Source of the DNA: an uncultured Gammaproteobacteria bacterium
GTDB taxonomy: Bacteria > Patescibacteriota > Microgenomatia > Levybacterales > GWA1-39-11
Direction of reading: 5' to 3'
DNA: 64,000 bases
Assembly (NCBI GenBank): GCA_964394645.1
Contig: CAYMYC010000001.1
Coordinates: forward strand, 274,052-338,051
The position numbers and the translations under genes were made by a program. Every line of letters starts with the position of its first letter. The stretch's first letter is position 1. A model generated the notes under the pieces. The model searched no databases and was not told the DNA's origin. It was given only the letters and a program-made list of their open reading frames with translations. Below are positions 18,670 through 28,005 of the stretch, piece after piece.

Positions 18670-20317
18670 ATCTACAGAACAAAAACAAAAAACAGGATTC
18701 AAAAAATGGCTGCCATTAGCCATCTTAAGTATTGGATTTATCATTATTATTCTTGATACCACAATTCTAAATGTATCGCTCAGTGCAATTATTAATGACC
18801 TCCATACTAATATTCAAAGTATCCAATGGGTTATCACAGGCTACTCCTTAATGATTGCTGCCTTTACTGTTACCGGCGGAAGGCTTGGAGATTTGTTTGG
18901 ACGAAAAAAGATGTTTATGCTGGGAGCTATCATATTTGGTCTAGGATCTTTTCTCGCCTCGATTAGCCAATCCGTAGGTATGCTAATTGCTGGAGAAGCG
19001 ATTATTGAAGGTGTGGGAGCTGCCCTTATGACACCTGCAATTATGTCGCTCATCGTATCCAATTATAAAGGGCGTGATCGTCAAATAGGATTTGGTGTTT
19101 GGGGAGCAATAGCCGGAGGTGCGGCTGCTTTGGGACCAGTTGTGGGAGGATGGATTACGACCTATTCCTCATGGAGATGGGCATTTCGTATTAATGTCGT
19201 TATTGTAGTAATTCTTCTTATTGGCTCATTCTTTATCGCAGAAGCTCAAGATAAAGAAGAAAAAGCATCACTTGATATTGTTGGCGTCATTCTTTCCGCG
19301 GTAGGACTACTCGCAGTCGTCTTTGGATTTATTAAAGCCTCCGACTATGGATGGCTTACCATGAAAGAAACAATAAATTTCCTTGGATTAACCTTTTCTC
19401 AAGGTGGAATTTCTCTTGTTCCAATTGCCATTATTGTTGGAGCAATTATTCTTTTCCTCTTTGGCCTATGGGAAAATCACATTACCAAACAAGGTCGAAC
19501 ACCCTTAGTTTCTCTCAAGTTATTTAAGAACTCTCAATTTACATTGGCTATAGCAATCACCAGCATACTTGCTCTGGGCATGTCAGGGTTATCATTTGCT
19601 ATTCCTGTTTTTCTTCAGGCAGTAAAACATCTTAATCCTTTGGACACAGGTTTTGCGATGCTGCCCATGACATTAACACTTTTGGTTGCAGCTCCACTTT
19701 CAGCTGTAATTAGTAAATATATTGCTCCAAAAAGGATCATTCAAATAGGACTTGTTATGGGTGCTATCGGATTCCTAGCTCTGCGAGCAGGTATTCAAGT
19801 AACTGCTGGCCAATGGGCTCTCACACCTGGATTCATACTTTTCGGTGCAGGAATGGGCTTTATGATGTCTCAATTAAGTAACTTGGCAATATCTGCCGTT
19901 TCGGTACAAGAAGCCGGAGAAGTATCGGGTGTAAATAGTACATTTAGAACAGTTGGACAAACTTTGGGATCAGCTGTAATCGGTGCAATACTCATTTCTA
20001 CTCTAACGACAAACCTAATAAGTGGAATAACGAATAGTTCGATTATTCCTGATGTACAGAAGGCTCCAATCAGCCAGGCTGTAAGCAAGCAGGCTTCAAG
20101 TATCGAATTTGGTTCAGCAACAAATATTACTAATAGTCAAATACCTGCAGTTATTTCAAATGAAATTACGAACATAAGCCAACATGCAACAGTTGATGCA
20201 ACCCATGTTACACTTTTAATTGGAGCTGGTTTTATGCTCTTATCATTGCTGTTAACAGTAAAGCTTCCAAACGAGAAAAATATAGAAGTTGAAAAATCTA
20301 TTGCAGTAGGACATTAA
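18662..20317 (+). CDS. MFS drug:H+ antiporter (DHA2, 14 TM)
   Basis: LDTTILNV, GGRLGDLFGRKK motif A, WRWAFRINV. Confidence 0.93.
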   Translation: MDKSTEQKQKTGFKKWLPLAILSIGFIIIILDTTILNVSLSAIINDLHTNIQSIQWVITGYSLMIAAFTVTGGRLGDLFGRKKMFMLGAIIFGLGSFLASISQSVGMLIAGEAIIEGVGAALMTPAIMSLIVSNYKGRDRQIGFGVWGAIAGGAAALGPVVGGWITTYSSWRWAFRINVVIVVILLIGSFFIAEAQDKEEKASLDIVGVILSAVGLLAVVFGFIKASDYGWLTMKETINFLGLTFSQGGISLVPIAIIVGAIILFLFGLWENHITKQGRTPLVSLKLFKNSQFTLAIAITSILALGMSGLSFAIPVFLQAVKHLNPLDTGFAMLPMTLTLLVAAPLSAVISKYIAPKRIIQIGLVMGAIGFLALRAGIQVTAGQWALTPGFILFGAGMGFMMSQLSNLAISAVSVQEAGEVSGVNSTFRTVGQTLGSAVIGAILISTLTTNLISGITNSSIIPDVQKAPISQAVSKQASSIEFGSATNITNSQIPAVISNEITNISQHATVDATHVTLLIGAGFMLLSLLLTVKLPNEKNIEVEKSIAVGH

Positions 20318-20323
20318 ATAGTT

Positions 20324-20716
20324 ATGAATATAATTAATTCCTTATTTAAAAAAATTACCTCTCTCAAAGATTGGTTCTTCAAGGCTTCTTGGAAAAAGAA
20401 ATTGATTGTTTTTATAGTGGCATTTGTAGCTCTGTTTATTCTCACTTCTCCTTTGAGAGCAAAGCCTCCGACATATACAACTGAACCTGTAACGAAAGCG
20501 ACTGTTGCAGATATTGTTTCAGAAAGTGGAAATGTGGCTTCCTCTGGCAGGTTTGATGTCTACTCACCAAGTACTGGTTACATTGAGGAATCATATGTTC
20601 AAAACGGAGATCCTATTAAGGTTGGAGTTTCAACTATTGTTGGAGTAGTATTTGGAATTTATCCGGCGCAACGTGCAGCGAAACTATCGCCGATTGAAGC
20701 TTTAAGATACGAATAA
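20324..20716 (+). pseudogene. In-frame chimera of an efflux adaptor (MFP) N-terminus and a MacB-type permease C-terminus
   Basis: ...SGNV...[23 protein letters not shown] joined to [29 protein letters not shown]. Confidence 0.8.
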
Positions 20717-20720
20717 AATT

Positions 20721-21095
20721 ATGTTTACACTTTTTATTACACTCATGCGTTTCTTAAGAGGAGTATGGTATGGATTTAAAGACCCTGAGTTTAAAGGGCT
20801 TTTCTTTTTTGTCGTTATATTATTAATATCGGGAACTACTTTTTATAGCACGGTAGAACATTGGAGAATTCTTGACTCACTTTATTTTTCAATAACAACA
20901 CTCACAACTGTGGGTTTTGGTGATTTGGCGCCAAAAACTGATATAGGTAAAATCTTTACTATGATTTATATTTTAGTTGGAATCGGAACCCTACTGGGTT
21001 TTGTCAACTTAATTGCACATCATACGCAAAAAAATGATCCAATAATGAATAAATATTTAAAGAAAATTGAGGAAGATGAGAAAAAGGAAAGTTAA
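20721..21095 (+). CDS. Two-TM potassium channel (KcsA-like)
   Basis: TTLTTVGFGD selectivity filter between two TM helices. Confidence 0.92.
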   Translation: MFTLFITLMRFLRGVWYGFKDPEFKGLFFFVVILLISGTTFYSTVEHWRILDSLYFSITTLTTVGFGDLAPKTDIGKIFTMIYILVGIGTLLGFVNLIAHHTQKNDPIMNKYLKKIEEDEKKES

Positions 21096-21709
21096 ACCTC
21101 TCGGGCTTTTTTAAGTGCTTTGGTAGTCCAAATAAGGTCATTAAAGAAATTTTCAACTCGATCCATACGTCCTTCCCGTAATGACTTAAATAGTTCGGGA
21201 TTAATCGGGAGCTTTTCATTCATCACTGCTAAATAAATTTCTGATGGAATGTGAATAGCATTTCTTATTGGAACTAATTGTAGTTCGATTGCAACCTCTC
21301 GTAGTTGCTCTATTGCTCTTGCTCCTCCAGCATTCCCATATCCCACAAACCCTACAGCTTTTCTATTCCACTCTTTAAATACATAGTCCAAAGCGTTTTT
21401 CAAAACAGCAGAGTAACCATGATTATATTCTGCTGCTATAATAATAAAGCCATCCGCCTCAGCAATTTTCTTTGTCCATTTTTTAGCAACTTCATTTTTA
21501 TATTCATGCTTTGCCATTTCAAACATGCTAGGAGAAACTGGTTCATCATAGAAAGGAAGCGGATAATCCCGGAGGTCAACCAATTCAACTTCAATTTCCT
21601 TTAATTTTTCTGCTTCCTGCAGAATATATGAAGCGGCTTTTTCAGAGAATCTATTCTGTCTTGTGGTACCCACAATAATCTGAATTTTTAATGCTTTCGT
21701 GTCTGCCAT
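21092..21709 (-). CDS. NADPH-dependent FMN reductase
   Basis: GTTRQNR, AEYNHGYSAVLKNALD, GGARA. Confidence 0.92.
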   Translation of the reverse strand: MADTKALKIQIIVGTTRQNRFSEKAASYILQEAEKLKEIEVELVDLRDYPLPFYDEPVSPSMFEMAKHEYKNEVAKKWTKKIAEADGFIIIAAEYNHGYSAVLKNALDYVFKEWNRKAVGFVGYGNAGGARAIEQLREVAIELQLVPIRNAIHIPSEIYLAVMNEKLPINPELFKSLREGRMDRVENFFNDLIWTTKALKKAREV

Positions 21710-21717
21710 AATAAGAT

Positions 21718-22656
21718 TTAATTTTTAATCTTTAAGACGACTTTTCCCTGCGGGTGAGTTACTTCTTGGTATTTAAAAGCTTCTTGTACTTGATCTAGAG
21801 GAAATATCTTATCAACATGAACTTTAATTTTTCCACTATCAACGAGCTCTGTAAGATGGTTTAAGTGTGCTGAGTCAGTTTGTGTACCTTGACCTATGGC
21901 AGTAACGCCATATTTATCTGCTAATTCTTTGTTGGGTGCTCCAACCATTGAAACAATAATACCGCCTTTTTTGAGGACTTGAAAAGACTTATCGGTTGTT
22001 TCTCCTCCGACTGTGTCAAAAACTGCATCAAAGTCTTTAAGAGTATCTTCGAAATTCTGAGTTTTATAGTCAATTACTTCATCAGCGCCAAGACTTTTTG
22101 CAAATTCAACATCTTTTGTTTGAACGGTAGTTACAACATATGCTCCAAGAGATTTAGCTAACTGAATTGCAATATGTCCAATTCCTCCTGCTCCTCCAGG
22201 AATAAAAATCTTTTGACCCTTTTGAAGCTTAATAAGTTCTTCTAATCCTTGTGCAGCACTGACTCCCACAAGTGGTAACGCACTAGCTTCTTCAAAATTT
22301 ACTGAATTAGGCTTAAGAGCAGTATTTGCTCCATTTGCAGCAATAAATTCTGCCATTGATCCAGAACCTCCATTTAAGACAATGGCTTGTCCATAAACCT
22401 CGTCCCCAACTTTAAATTCTGTAATGCCTTTCCCTACTTCTGCAATCTTGCCTGCAAAATCTCCGCCAAGAGTAACAGGAAGTTGCACGGGAGCCATTTT
22501 TTCAAGGTATCCTGCACGAAATTTCCAATCTATTGCGTTAATACTCGCAGCATAGTTTTCAATGAGTAGCTGCCCCTCTTTAAGAGTGGGGTTTGGAGTA
22601 TCTTTTATCTCTAGGACTTCGTTTCCGCCGTATTTATTAATTTGTGCTGCTTTCAT
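21718..22656 (-). CDS. NADP-dependent MDR-family (quinone) oxidoreductase
   Basis: SINAIDWK, GGAGGIG, LGADEVIDYK, GKVVL. Confidence 0.92.
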   Translation of the reverse strand: MKAAQINKYGGNEVLEIKDTPNPTLKEGQLLIENYAASINAIDWKFRAGYLEKMAPVQLPVTLGGDFAGKIAEVGKGITEFKVGDEVYGQAIVLNGGSGSMAEFIAANGANTALKPNSVNFEEASALPLVGVSAAQGLEELIKLQKGQKIFIPGGAGGIGHIAIQLAKSLGAYVVTTVQTKDVEFAKSLGADEVIDYKTQNFEDTLKDFDAVFDTVGGETTDKSFQVLKKGGIIVSMVGAPNKELADKYGVTAIGQGTQTDSAHLNHLTELVDSGKIKVHVDKIFPLDQVQEAFKYQEVTHPQGKVVLKIKN

Positions 22657-22705
22657 ACTTGTGGTAAAATTACTATGGAAATTATAGTACTACAATATTT
22701 ATAGT

Positions 22706-23041
22706 ATGTCAATGACAAAGAAAGCTATTCAGGAAGAAAAATGCTCAACCGAGGAGTTGAAAATGCTGGGGGATTTTTGGACACTTGCCATAATTCAAGC
22801 AATTGATGGTGGAGAAAAAAGATTTGCGCAACTTGAGCGTGAACTTCCAAATGTAAATCCCACGACGCTCTCAAATAGATTGAAAAAGCTTGAAGAACAA
22901 GGGATTATTAAAAGGCAGGAAGAAACATTGGATAGATTATCTGTCGTTTATTCTTTGACTGAGAAGGGAAACGGGATAATGCCAATACTTGCCGAAATCC
23001 GAGTGTTCGCAGAAAAGTTTCTAAAAAAAAGATCAAAATGA
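22706..23041 (+). CDS. HxlR-family regulator
   Basis: LGDFWT...RFAQL...TLSNRLKKLEEQG...YSLTEKG; divergent from the oxidoreductases. Confidence 0.92.
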   Translation: MSMTKKAIQEEKCSTEELKMLGDFWTLAIIQAIDGGEKRFAQLERELPNVNPTTLSNRLKKLEEQGIIKRQEETLDRLSVVYSLTEKGNGIMPILAEIRVFAEKFLKKRSK

Positions 23042-23045
23042 GGCA

Positions 23046-23189
23046 ATGAAAGAAGAAAAAGAGTCATTCAGATATCCCGCAATTACTGAATACAAAAACT
23101 CTTCTCCTGTTAAATATTTATGGATATTAGGAGGTTTTATAGCTCTATTAATTGTTTCCGTCACTCTCTTTATTATTTTTAAGATATAG
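23046..23189 (+). CDS. 47-aa single-TM peptide (not in ORF track)
   Basis: MKEEKESFRYPAITEYKNSSPVKYLWILGGFIALLIVSVTLFIIFKI. Confidence 0.45.
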   Translation: MKEEKESFRYPAITEYKNSSPVKYLWILGGFIALLIVSVTLFIIFKI

Positions 23190-23240
23190 TATTTTCCCTA
23201 CTGGACTTCATGGGTTTTCTGCGGTACCTTCTACCCTGAA

Positions 23241-24572
23241 ATGGATTACAATACAAAGCCAGAGATACCTCTCGAATACTGCCTGTATGCCCGCAAATCA
23301 AGCGAATCTGATGAAAGGCAAACAATGTCAATTGACTCTCAGATCGAGGAGATGATGGCACTTGCCAAGCGGGACAAACTAAAGATAAAAGAAGTCAAAA
23401 AGGAGAGTCACTCAGCAAAGTCCTCAGGCACCCGCCCTGTATTTATGGAGCTTCTCCAAGAGGTAAGACAGAAGAAATTTAATGGAATTTTAACCTGGGC
23501 ACCAGATAGGTTAAGTAGGAATGCCGGAGACTTGGGATCAGTAGTTGATCTCATGGACCAGGGAAAACTCGTTAAGATTCAGACGTATTCTCAAAGTTTT
23601 TCAAACAGTCCGAATGAAAAGTTTTTGCTGATGATTTTATGCTCCCAAGCAAAGCTCGAAAATGATAATAAAGGATTGAATGTCCAGAGAGGAATGAGAG
23701 CAAAATGTCTGATGGGCTGGCGTCCCAGTATTGCTCCTGTTGGATATATTAATCAAGCTGGTGATCCGGCAACAACAGAATTGATAATTGTTGATCCTGA
23801 GCGAGAAAACTTTGTAAGACAAATGTTTGACAGAATGGCAAATCAAGGACAATCAGGAAGAACAATAAAGATGTGGCTTGATCGCATTGGTTTTGAAACA
23901 AGAGGAGGTAAAAGACTAGCACTGAGCAAAGTCTATGCAACTCTTAAAAATCCTTTCTACTACGGAGAGTTTGAATTTCCTGTTGGAAGTGGTACTTGGT
24001 ATAAAGGAAAGCATAAACCATTAATAACTAAAGAATTATTTGATAAAACGCAACTTCATCTTCAAATACAACCCGACAAAGGATACAAGAATAAACTATT
24101 TCCATTCAAGAAGATGTTCAAATGCGGAAAATGTGGCGGAGGCATAACGGCTGAAGAAAAATACAGAAAACTTCTAAATGGCAGAGTTGTAAAACATATC
24201 TACTATCATTGTGGAAGATCCCGTGATTTTGAATGTGATGAACCATACATTACAGAAGCAGACCTTGTTAAACAACTAATTGCAAAGATTGATGTTATTA
24301 GATTTAACTCATCAGGAATCACAAGAAAAATACAGGAGGATATTGAGCGATACCACAGACTTAAAACCCAGGTTCTTCATCAGGAATTTATAGATGGATA
24401 TTTACAAGAATTTAATAGAATTCCTGAAAATGGAAATGACAAGAATGAAATGATGAAAAACTATCTATTACATATTCTAAAAATAGGAACAGCAGAAGAG
24501 CGACTAGAAGCACTCTCTTTTATTAAAACAAAATTCATTCTATCTCAAAGAGAAATAATAATAGAAAAATAA
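23241..24572 (+). CDS. Large serine recombinase LSR2
   Basis: YARKS catalytic Ser, WAPDRLSRNAGD, CGKC...YYHC...C zinc ribbon; short coiled coil. Confidence 0.95.
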   Translation: MDYNTKPEIPLEYCLYARKSSESDERQTMSIDSQIEEMMALAKRDKLKIKEVKKESHSAKSSGTRPVFMELLQEVRQKKFNGILTWAPDRLSRNAGDLGSVVDLMDQGKLVKIQTYSQSFSNSPNEKFLLMILCSQAKLENDNKGLNVQRGMRAKCLMGWRPSIAPVGYINQAGDPATTELIIVDPERENFVRQMFDRMANQGQSGRTIKMWLDRIGFETRGGKRLALSKVYATLKNPFYYGEFEFPVGSGTWYKGKHKPLITKELFDKTQLHLQIQPDKGYKNKLFPFKKMFKCGKCGGGITAEEKYRKLLNGRVVKHIYYHCGRSRDFECDEPYITEADLVKQLIAKIDVIRFNSSGITRKIQEDIERYHRLKTQVLHQEFIDGYLQEFNRIPENGNDKNEMMKNYLLHILKIGTAEERLEALSFIKTKFILSQREIIIEK

Positions 24573-24746
24573 CCGCAACTTCTCCGATAGGTGTTTTTCT
24601 CGTGGGCTAAATGGTCTTTTTTGAGGCCTAAAAATTACTATTACAGGCTCTTTAAGCGATTATAGAACGACTTTGATTTAATTTAGCAAGCCTTATCAAC
24701 CCAAACGTAGATACCCAACGGGTCTGGTAGGAATACTATAAGATAT

Positions 24747-24838
24747 GTGACCCGAGAGATACACTGTTCGAATCAAGTTTAGCCTTTTGGGACAGGTTAT
24801 TGAAGGCATTTCAATCTCTAACTGAACCTCAAAACTAA
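24747..24838 (+). other. Left att junction of E3 carrying the displaced 3' end of the LSR3 gene
   Basis: gac ccg aga gat... reads DPRDTLFESSLAFWDRLLKAFQSLTEPQN*, in the same frame relative to the core as LSR3 GDP; TCGAATC motif shifted 5 bp relative to the tRNA side. Confidence 0.75.
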
Positions 24839-25029
24839 AGCATCTTAATTTTTAAGACATCAAAAATCTTCTTTAACTTATCGTAGGAGGTATTAATTTC
24901 TCCCCGTTCAATCCTTGCATAGTACGTAACGTCCATTCCTGTTTTTTCTGCAACTTCAGCTTGCGTAAGACCAAGTTTTTCCCTTGCACCGCTTAATTTT
25001 TCTGCCAGTTCTTTATTCTTTGTAGACAT
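24835..25029 (-). CDS. XRE-family HTH regulator
   Basis: LTQAEVAEKTGMDVTYYARIERGEIN. Confidence 0.9.
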   Translation of the reverse strand: MSTKNKELAEKLSGAREKLGLTQAEVAEKTGMDVTYYARIERGEINTSYDKLKKIFDVLKIKML

Positions 25030-25109
25030 ATATGTACAGTATTATATCAGTTCTAAAAGAAAAAAAATAATAGCCTCAAGCTAATATCAAGAACCTGCAT
25101 AGTAATAAA

Positions 25110-25259
25110 TTACTTGCTAGTCTTTTTTTCTCTGATAAGTATCCTCATTAAATTTAAAAAATGTGTTGCCAACCTCGCTGTTTCTTCATCGGTCAATATG
25201 ATCCCGTAGTTCTTAAGATAAAGTTTCTTAAATTTATCAAAATATTGTTCTTTAGTCAT
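25110..25259 (-). CDS. 49-aa hypothetical protein (not in ORF track)
   Basis: MTKEQYFDKFKKLYLKNYGIILTDEETARLATHFLNLMRILIREKKTSK; starts 2 nt after the upstream XRE stop. Confidence 0.65.
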   Translation of the reverse strand: MTKEQYFDKFKKLYLKNYGIILTDEETARLATHFLNLMRILIREKKTSK

Positions 25260-25261
25260 AA

Positions 25262-25480
25262 CTATTCATCTAAAAGATCACTTGATGTAATCCCTAAGCC
25301 TTTTACTAATATGTAAAGTAAGCCAATTGTTACACGAGCTTTTCCGGTTTCAATTTTGCCAATATAACTTCTGCTAAGATTCGTAACAACGGATACTTCC
25401 ATTTGTGTTAGATTTTTCTGTAATCGAATCTTTTTTAAATTACGACCAATTCTGGCATTCCCTTCAAAACTGTTCACCAT
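25262..25480 (-). CDS. XRE-family HTH regulator
   Basis: LTQMEVSVVTNLSRSYIGKIETG. Confidence 0.88.
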   Translation of the reverse strand: MVNSFEGNARIGRNLKKIRLQKNLTQMEVSVVTNLSRSYIGKIETGKARVTIGLLYILVKGLGITSSDLLDE

Positions 25481-25554
25481 ATTGCTAATTTAGCACAAAG
25501 TTTTTGACCGGGGGCGCTAGTTGGTTGTAGTGGTGCTACTTTTGAGGCAGAATA

Positions 25555-26265
25555 TCATTTTCCCAAAGAATTTCTTACAGTTCTGTAGATATTTCCAAGC
25601 TCGCGAACATATAGTGAATCATTTTCAAGGATAAATTTTCTGCAGTTTTCCGGATCATCTTCGTATAAAGACTTAACACTGTTTGTTAATACAATAATAT
25701 CTTGACTAACATAATTTGAGGCCTGACTATCATAGAATGATACATAAAAAAATAACATGCAGAAAAGGGCAAGATTAAAAATAAAGAGTGGAGGGAACGT
25801 GAATAATAGAATTGCTAGTAAAATTATAATTTCTATTTCAATTCTTAGTATATGAGATTTATAGCCTACCAAATCGGTATATGCTGTAACATATATTGCT
25901 CCGATAGGATTTTTCTCTTTCTCAAGCTTAAGTTCTTTAATTTTTTTGACTGTATCCTGAATACACTTCCTATTTTTTGCAATTAATTTAAAGCTCCACG
26001 CCTTCTTTCTTAAGAACCAGTAAGTATCGGACTGTACAAAAATGATAAATGTAATAAAACTAACGAACAAAATTTCTAAAAAATAAAGATAAAATTCATA
26101 TTTGCTAGAAGAACGAAAGACAGTAAATAAGAATACTGATATTAATAGAACAAAGAGAAGCTTCTTGTTGATTGGAGAAAATGATAAAAGATACAGAGCC
26201 CTATTTTTGCAAGAAATAAAGTCACCTATAATTTCAGTAAATAAATTCTTAATTTTTCGTATCAC
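25555..26265 (-). CDS. Multi-pass membrane hypothetical protein
   Basis: About four hydrophobic helices; GTG at 26265 chosen because TATAAT lies 6 nt upstream. Confidence 0.65.
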   Translation of the reverse strand: MIRKIKNLFTEIIGDFISCKNRALYLLSFSPINKKLLFVLLISVFLFTVFRSSSKYEFYLYFLEILFVSFITFIIFVQSDTYWFLRKKAWSFKLIAKNRKCIQDTVKKIKELKLEKEKNPIGAIYVTAYTDLVGYKSHILRIEIEIIILLAILLFTFPPLFIFNLALFCMLFFYVSFYDSQASNYVSQDIIVLTNSVKSLYEDDPENCRKFILENDSLYVRELGNIYRTVRNSLGK

Positions 26266-26401
26266 AAATAAATTATACTCCAGCTCACAAGGCCTGTCCC
26301 ATATGATAAAAGTGACAACAATGATAATAATTGATTGTTCTTTTAAATTAGAGCTCGTAAACCCTGCCAAACAGTGCTACAATTTGTAGACTTAAAATAG
26401 T

Positions 26402-27979
26402 ATGAGTCAAATTTCACCTCAATTAAGAGCAACATTATCAGGATTTAACGGAGGATCTAATGGAAGAAAAGCAAAGTCTCCTGAAGAATTTTTCGAGCGA
26501 TGGCTAGTATTCAAAACCAAAAAAGCGAAAATGCCCGGCGTTAAGAAAGTTATAGATGAAGCAATAGGGAAAAAGGGTGAGGTATTGCAAATAATTGCAG
26601 AGTTTTTTCAAAATAGGCAAAATGGCACAGGCAACTTTCAGGATAAATACATACAAAAAGCTAATAAACCTTCATCAAAATTTAGACTTAACGAAAAACA
26701 AATTGATCTTTCAGAAATAACATTGAGTCCGGATCAAGAAAAAATTCTCGGCTTACTTCAGACTTCAAAAACTCCCATATTTCTCACCGGAAAGGCAGGG
26801 ACTGGTAAATCTTTACTCTTACAATATTACCGGCAAAAATCCAACAAAAACATCGTAGTATGTGCTCCAACCGGAGTTGCTGCGCTTAATATTGGAGGAC
26901 AAACTATTCATTCACTTTTTAAAATACCACCTGAACTTATCAGAAAGGATAGCTTAAAGGTCGAAAAAAGAGCCGCAAAATTACTAAAGCATGTAGACGT
27001 TTTAATTATTGATGAGATATCAATGGTTAGACCAGACCTCATGGATGCTATTGACTATGTACTTAGAAAGGCAAGAAGTAGTTCGATTCCTTTCGGAGGT
27101 GTACAAATTATTATGTTCGGGGATCTTTTCCAGCTCCCTCCGGTTATACAGAAAGAAGTATCCGACTATTTCGAGCAAAATTATGGAGGAAATTTCTTTT
27201 TCAATGCAGATGTTTGGAAGAATATAAAATTTGATATCCGAGAGCTGACGACTGTATTCCGTCAAAAAGATGAGGACTTCAAAAGTGTGCTTAATGCGGT
27301 ACGGGAGGGAACAATAACAGATGAACAAATAATGGTTCTTAATAAAAGGGCTGGTGCTGAAATTCCTTCCGAAGGGGTAATTACCTTAACAACAACAAAT
27401 GTATCAGCTAAAAAAATCAACGAAACCAAGCTTAGTCTTTTGAAAGAAAAGGGGTATGAATACAAAGCTGAAATATCCGGGAATCTTGAGAAATCTGCAT
27501 ATCCAACAGAAGAAATATTGCAATTAAAGAAAGGCGCACAGGTTATGTTACTGAGAAACGACAAAGATAAACGCTGGGTAAATGGCACCTTGGGATATAT
27601 AGATTCTTTGAAGAATGACGAAATAAAAGTAAATATAGATGGGAATATTTATTCCGTTCCAAGGGAAACTTGGAAAAAAATCAAATATATCTTTAATGAA
27701 ACAACAAAAACACTTGAGGAAAAAGTGGTGAGCTCATTTACGCAATTTCCATTACGGCTAGCTTGGGCTATAACAATACATAAATCACAAGGTCAGACCT
27801 ATAATTCAGTAGCTATCGATATGGGGTTCGGTGCCTTTACCTATGGACAAACGTATGTAGGGCTTAGCCGGTGCAAGTCTATAGATGGTTTATACCTAAA
27901 AAGAAAAATATCGAGGGAAGATATTATTGTAGAACCTAAAATTATTAATTTTATGAAGAATATTAATATTGATAAGTAG
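26402..27979 (+). CDS. Pif1-family SF1B DNA helicase
   Basis: GKAGTGKS, APTGVAA, IIDEISMV, GDLFQLPPV, FRQ, QFPLRLAWAITIHKSQGQT. Confidence 0.93.
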   Translation: MSQISPQLRATLSGFNGGSNGRKAKSPEEFFERWLVFKTKKAKMPGVKKVIDEAIGKKGEVLQIIAEFFQNRQNGTGNFQDKYIQKANKPSSKFRLNEKQIDLSEITLSPDQEKILGLLQTSKTPIFLTGKAGTGKSLLLQYYRQKSNKNIVVCAPTGVAALNIGGQTIHSLFKIPPELIRKDSLKVEKRAAKLLKHVDVLIIDEISMVRPDLMDAIDYVLRKARSSSIPFGGVQIIMFGDLFQLPPVIQKEVSDYFEQNYGGNFFFNADVWKNIKFDIRELTTVFRQKDEDFKSVLNAVREGTITDEQIMVLNKRAGAEIPSEGVITLTTTNVSAKKINETKLSLLKEKGYEYKAEISGNLEKSAYPTEEILQLKKGAQVMLLRNDKDKRWVNGTLGYIDSLKNDEIKVNIDGNIYSVPRETWKKIKYIFNETTKTLEEKVVSSFTQFPLRLAWAITIHKSQGQTYNSVAIDMGFGAFTYGQTYVGLSRCKSIDGLYLKRKISREDIIVEPKIINFMKNINIDK

Positions 27980-28005
27980 GCCTGCTCTTTCTGGTAAATT
28001 AACAA

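Larger units (their letters stand above)
8537..24727. mobile_element. Integrative element E2 (~16.2 kb)
   Basis: Bracketed by CCAAACGGGTTTGG (8537-8550) and CCCAACGGGTCTGG (24714-24727); LSR2 lies near the right end. Confidence 0.5.

Noticed and set aside
12729-24572. Complete prophage
   Set aside because: No portal, capsid, tail, lysis or replication genes are recognisable.
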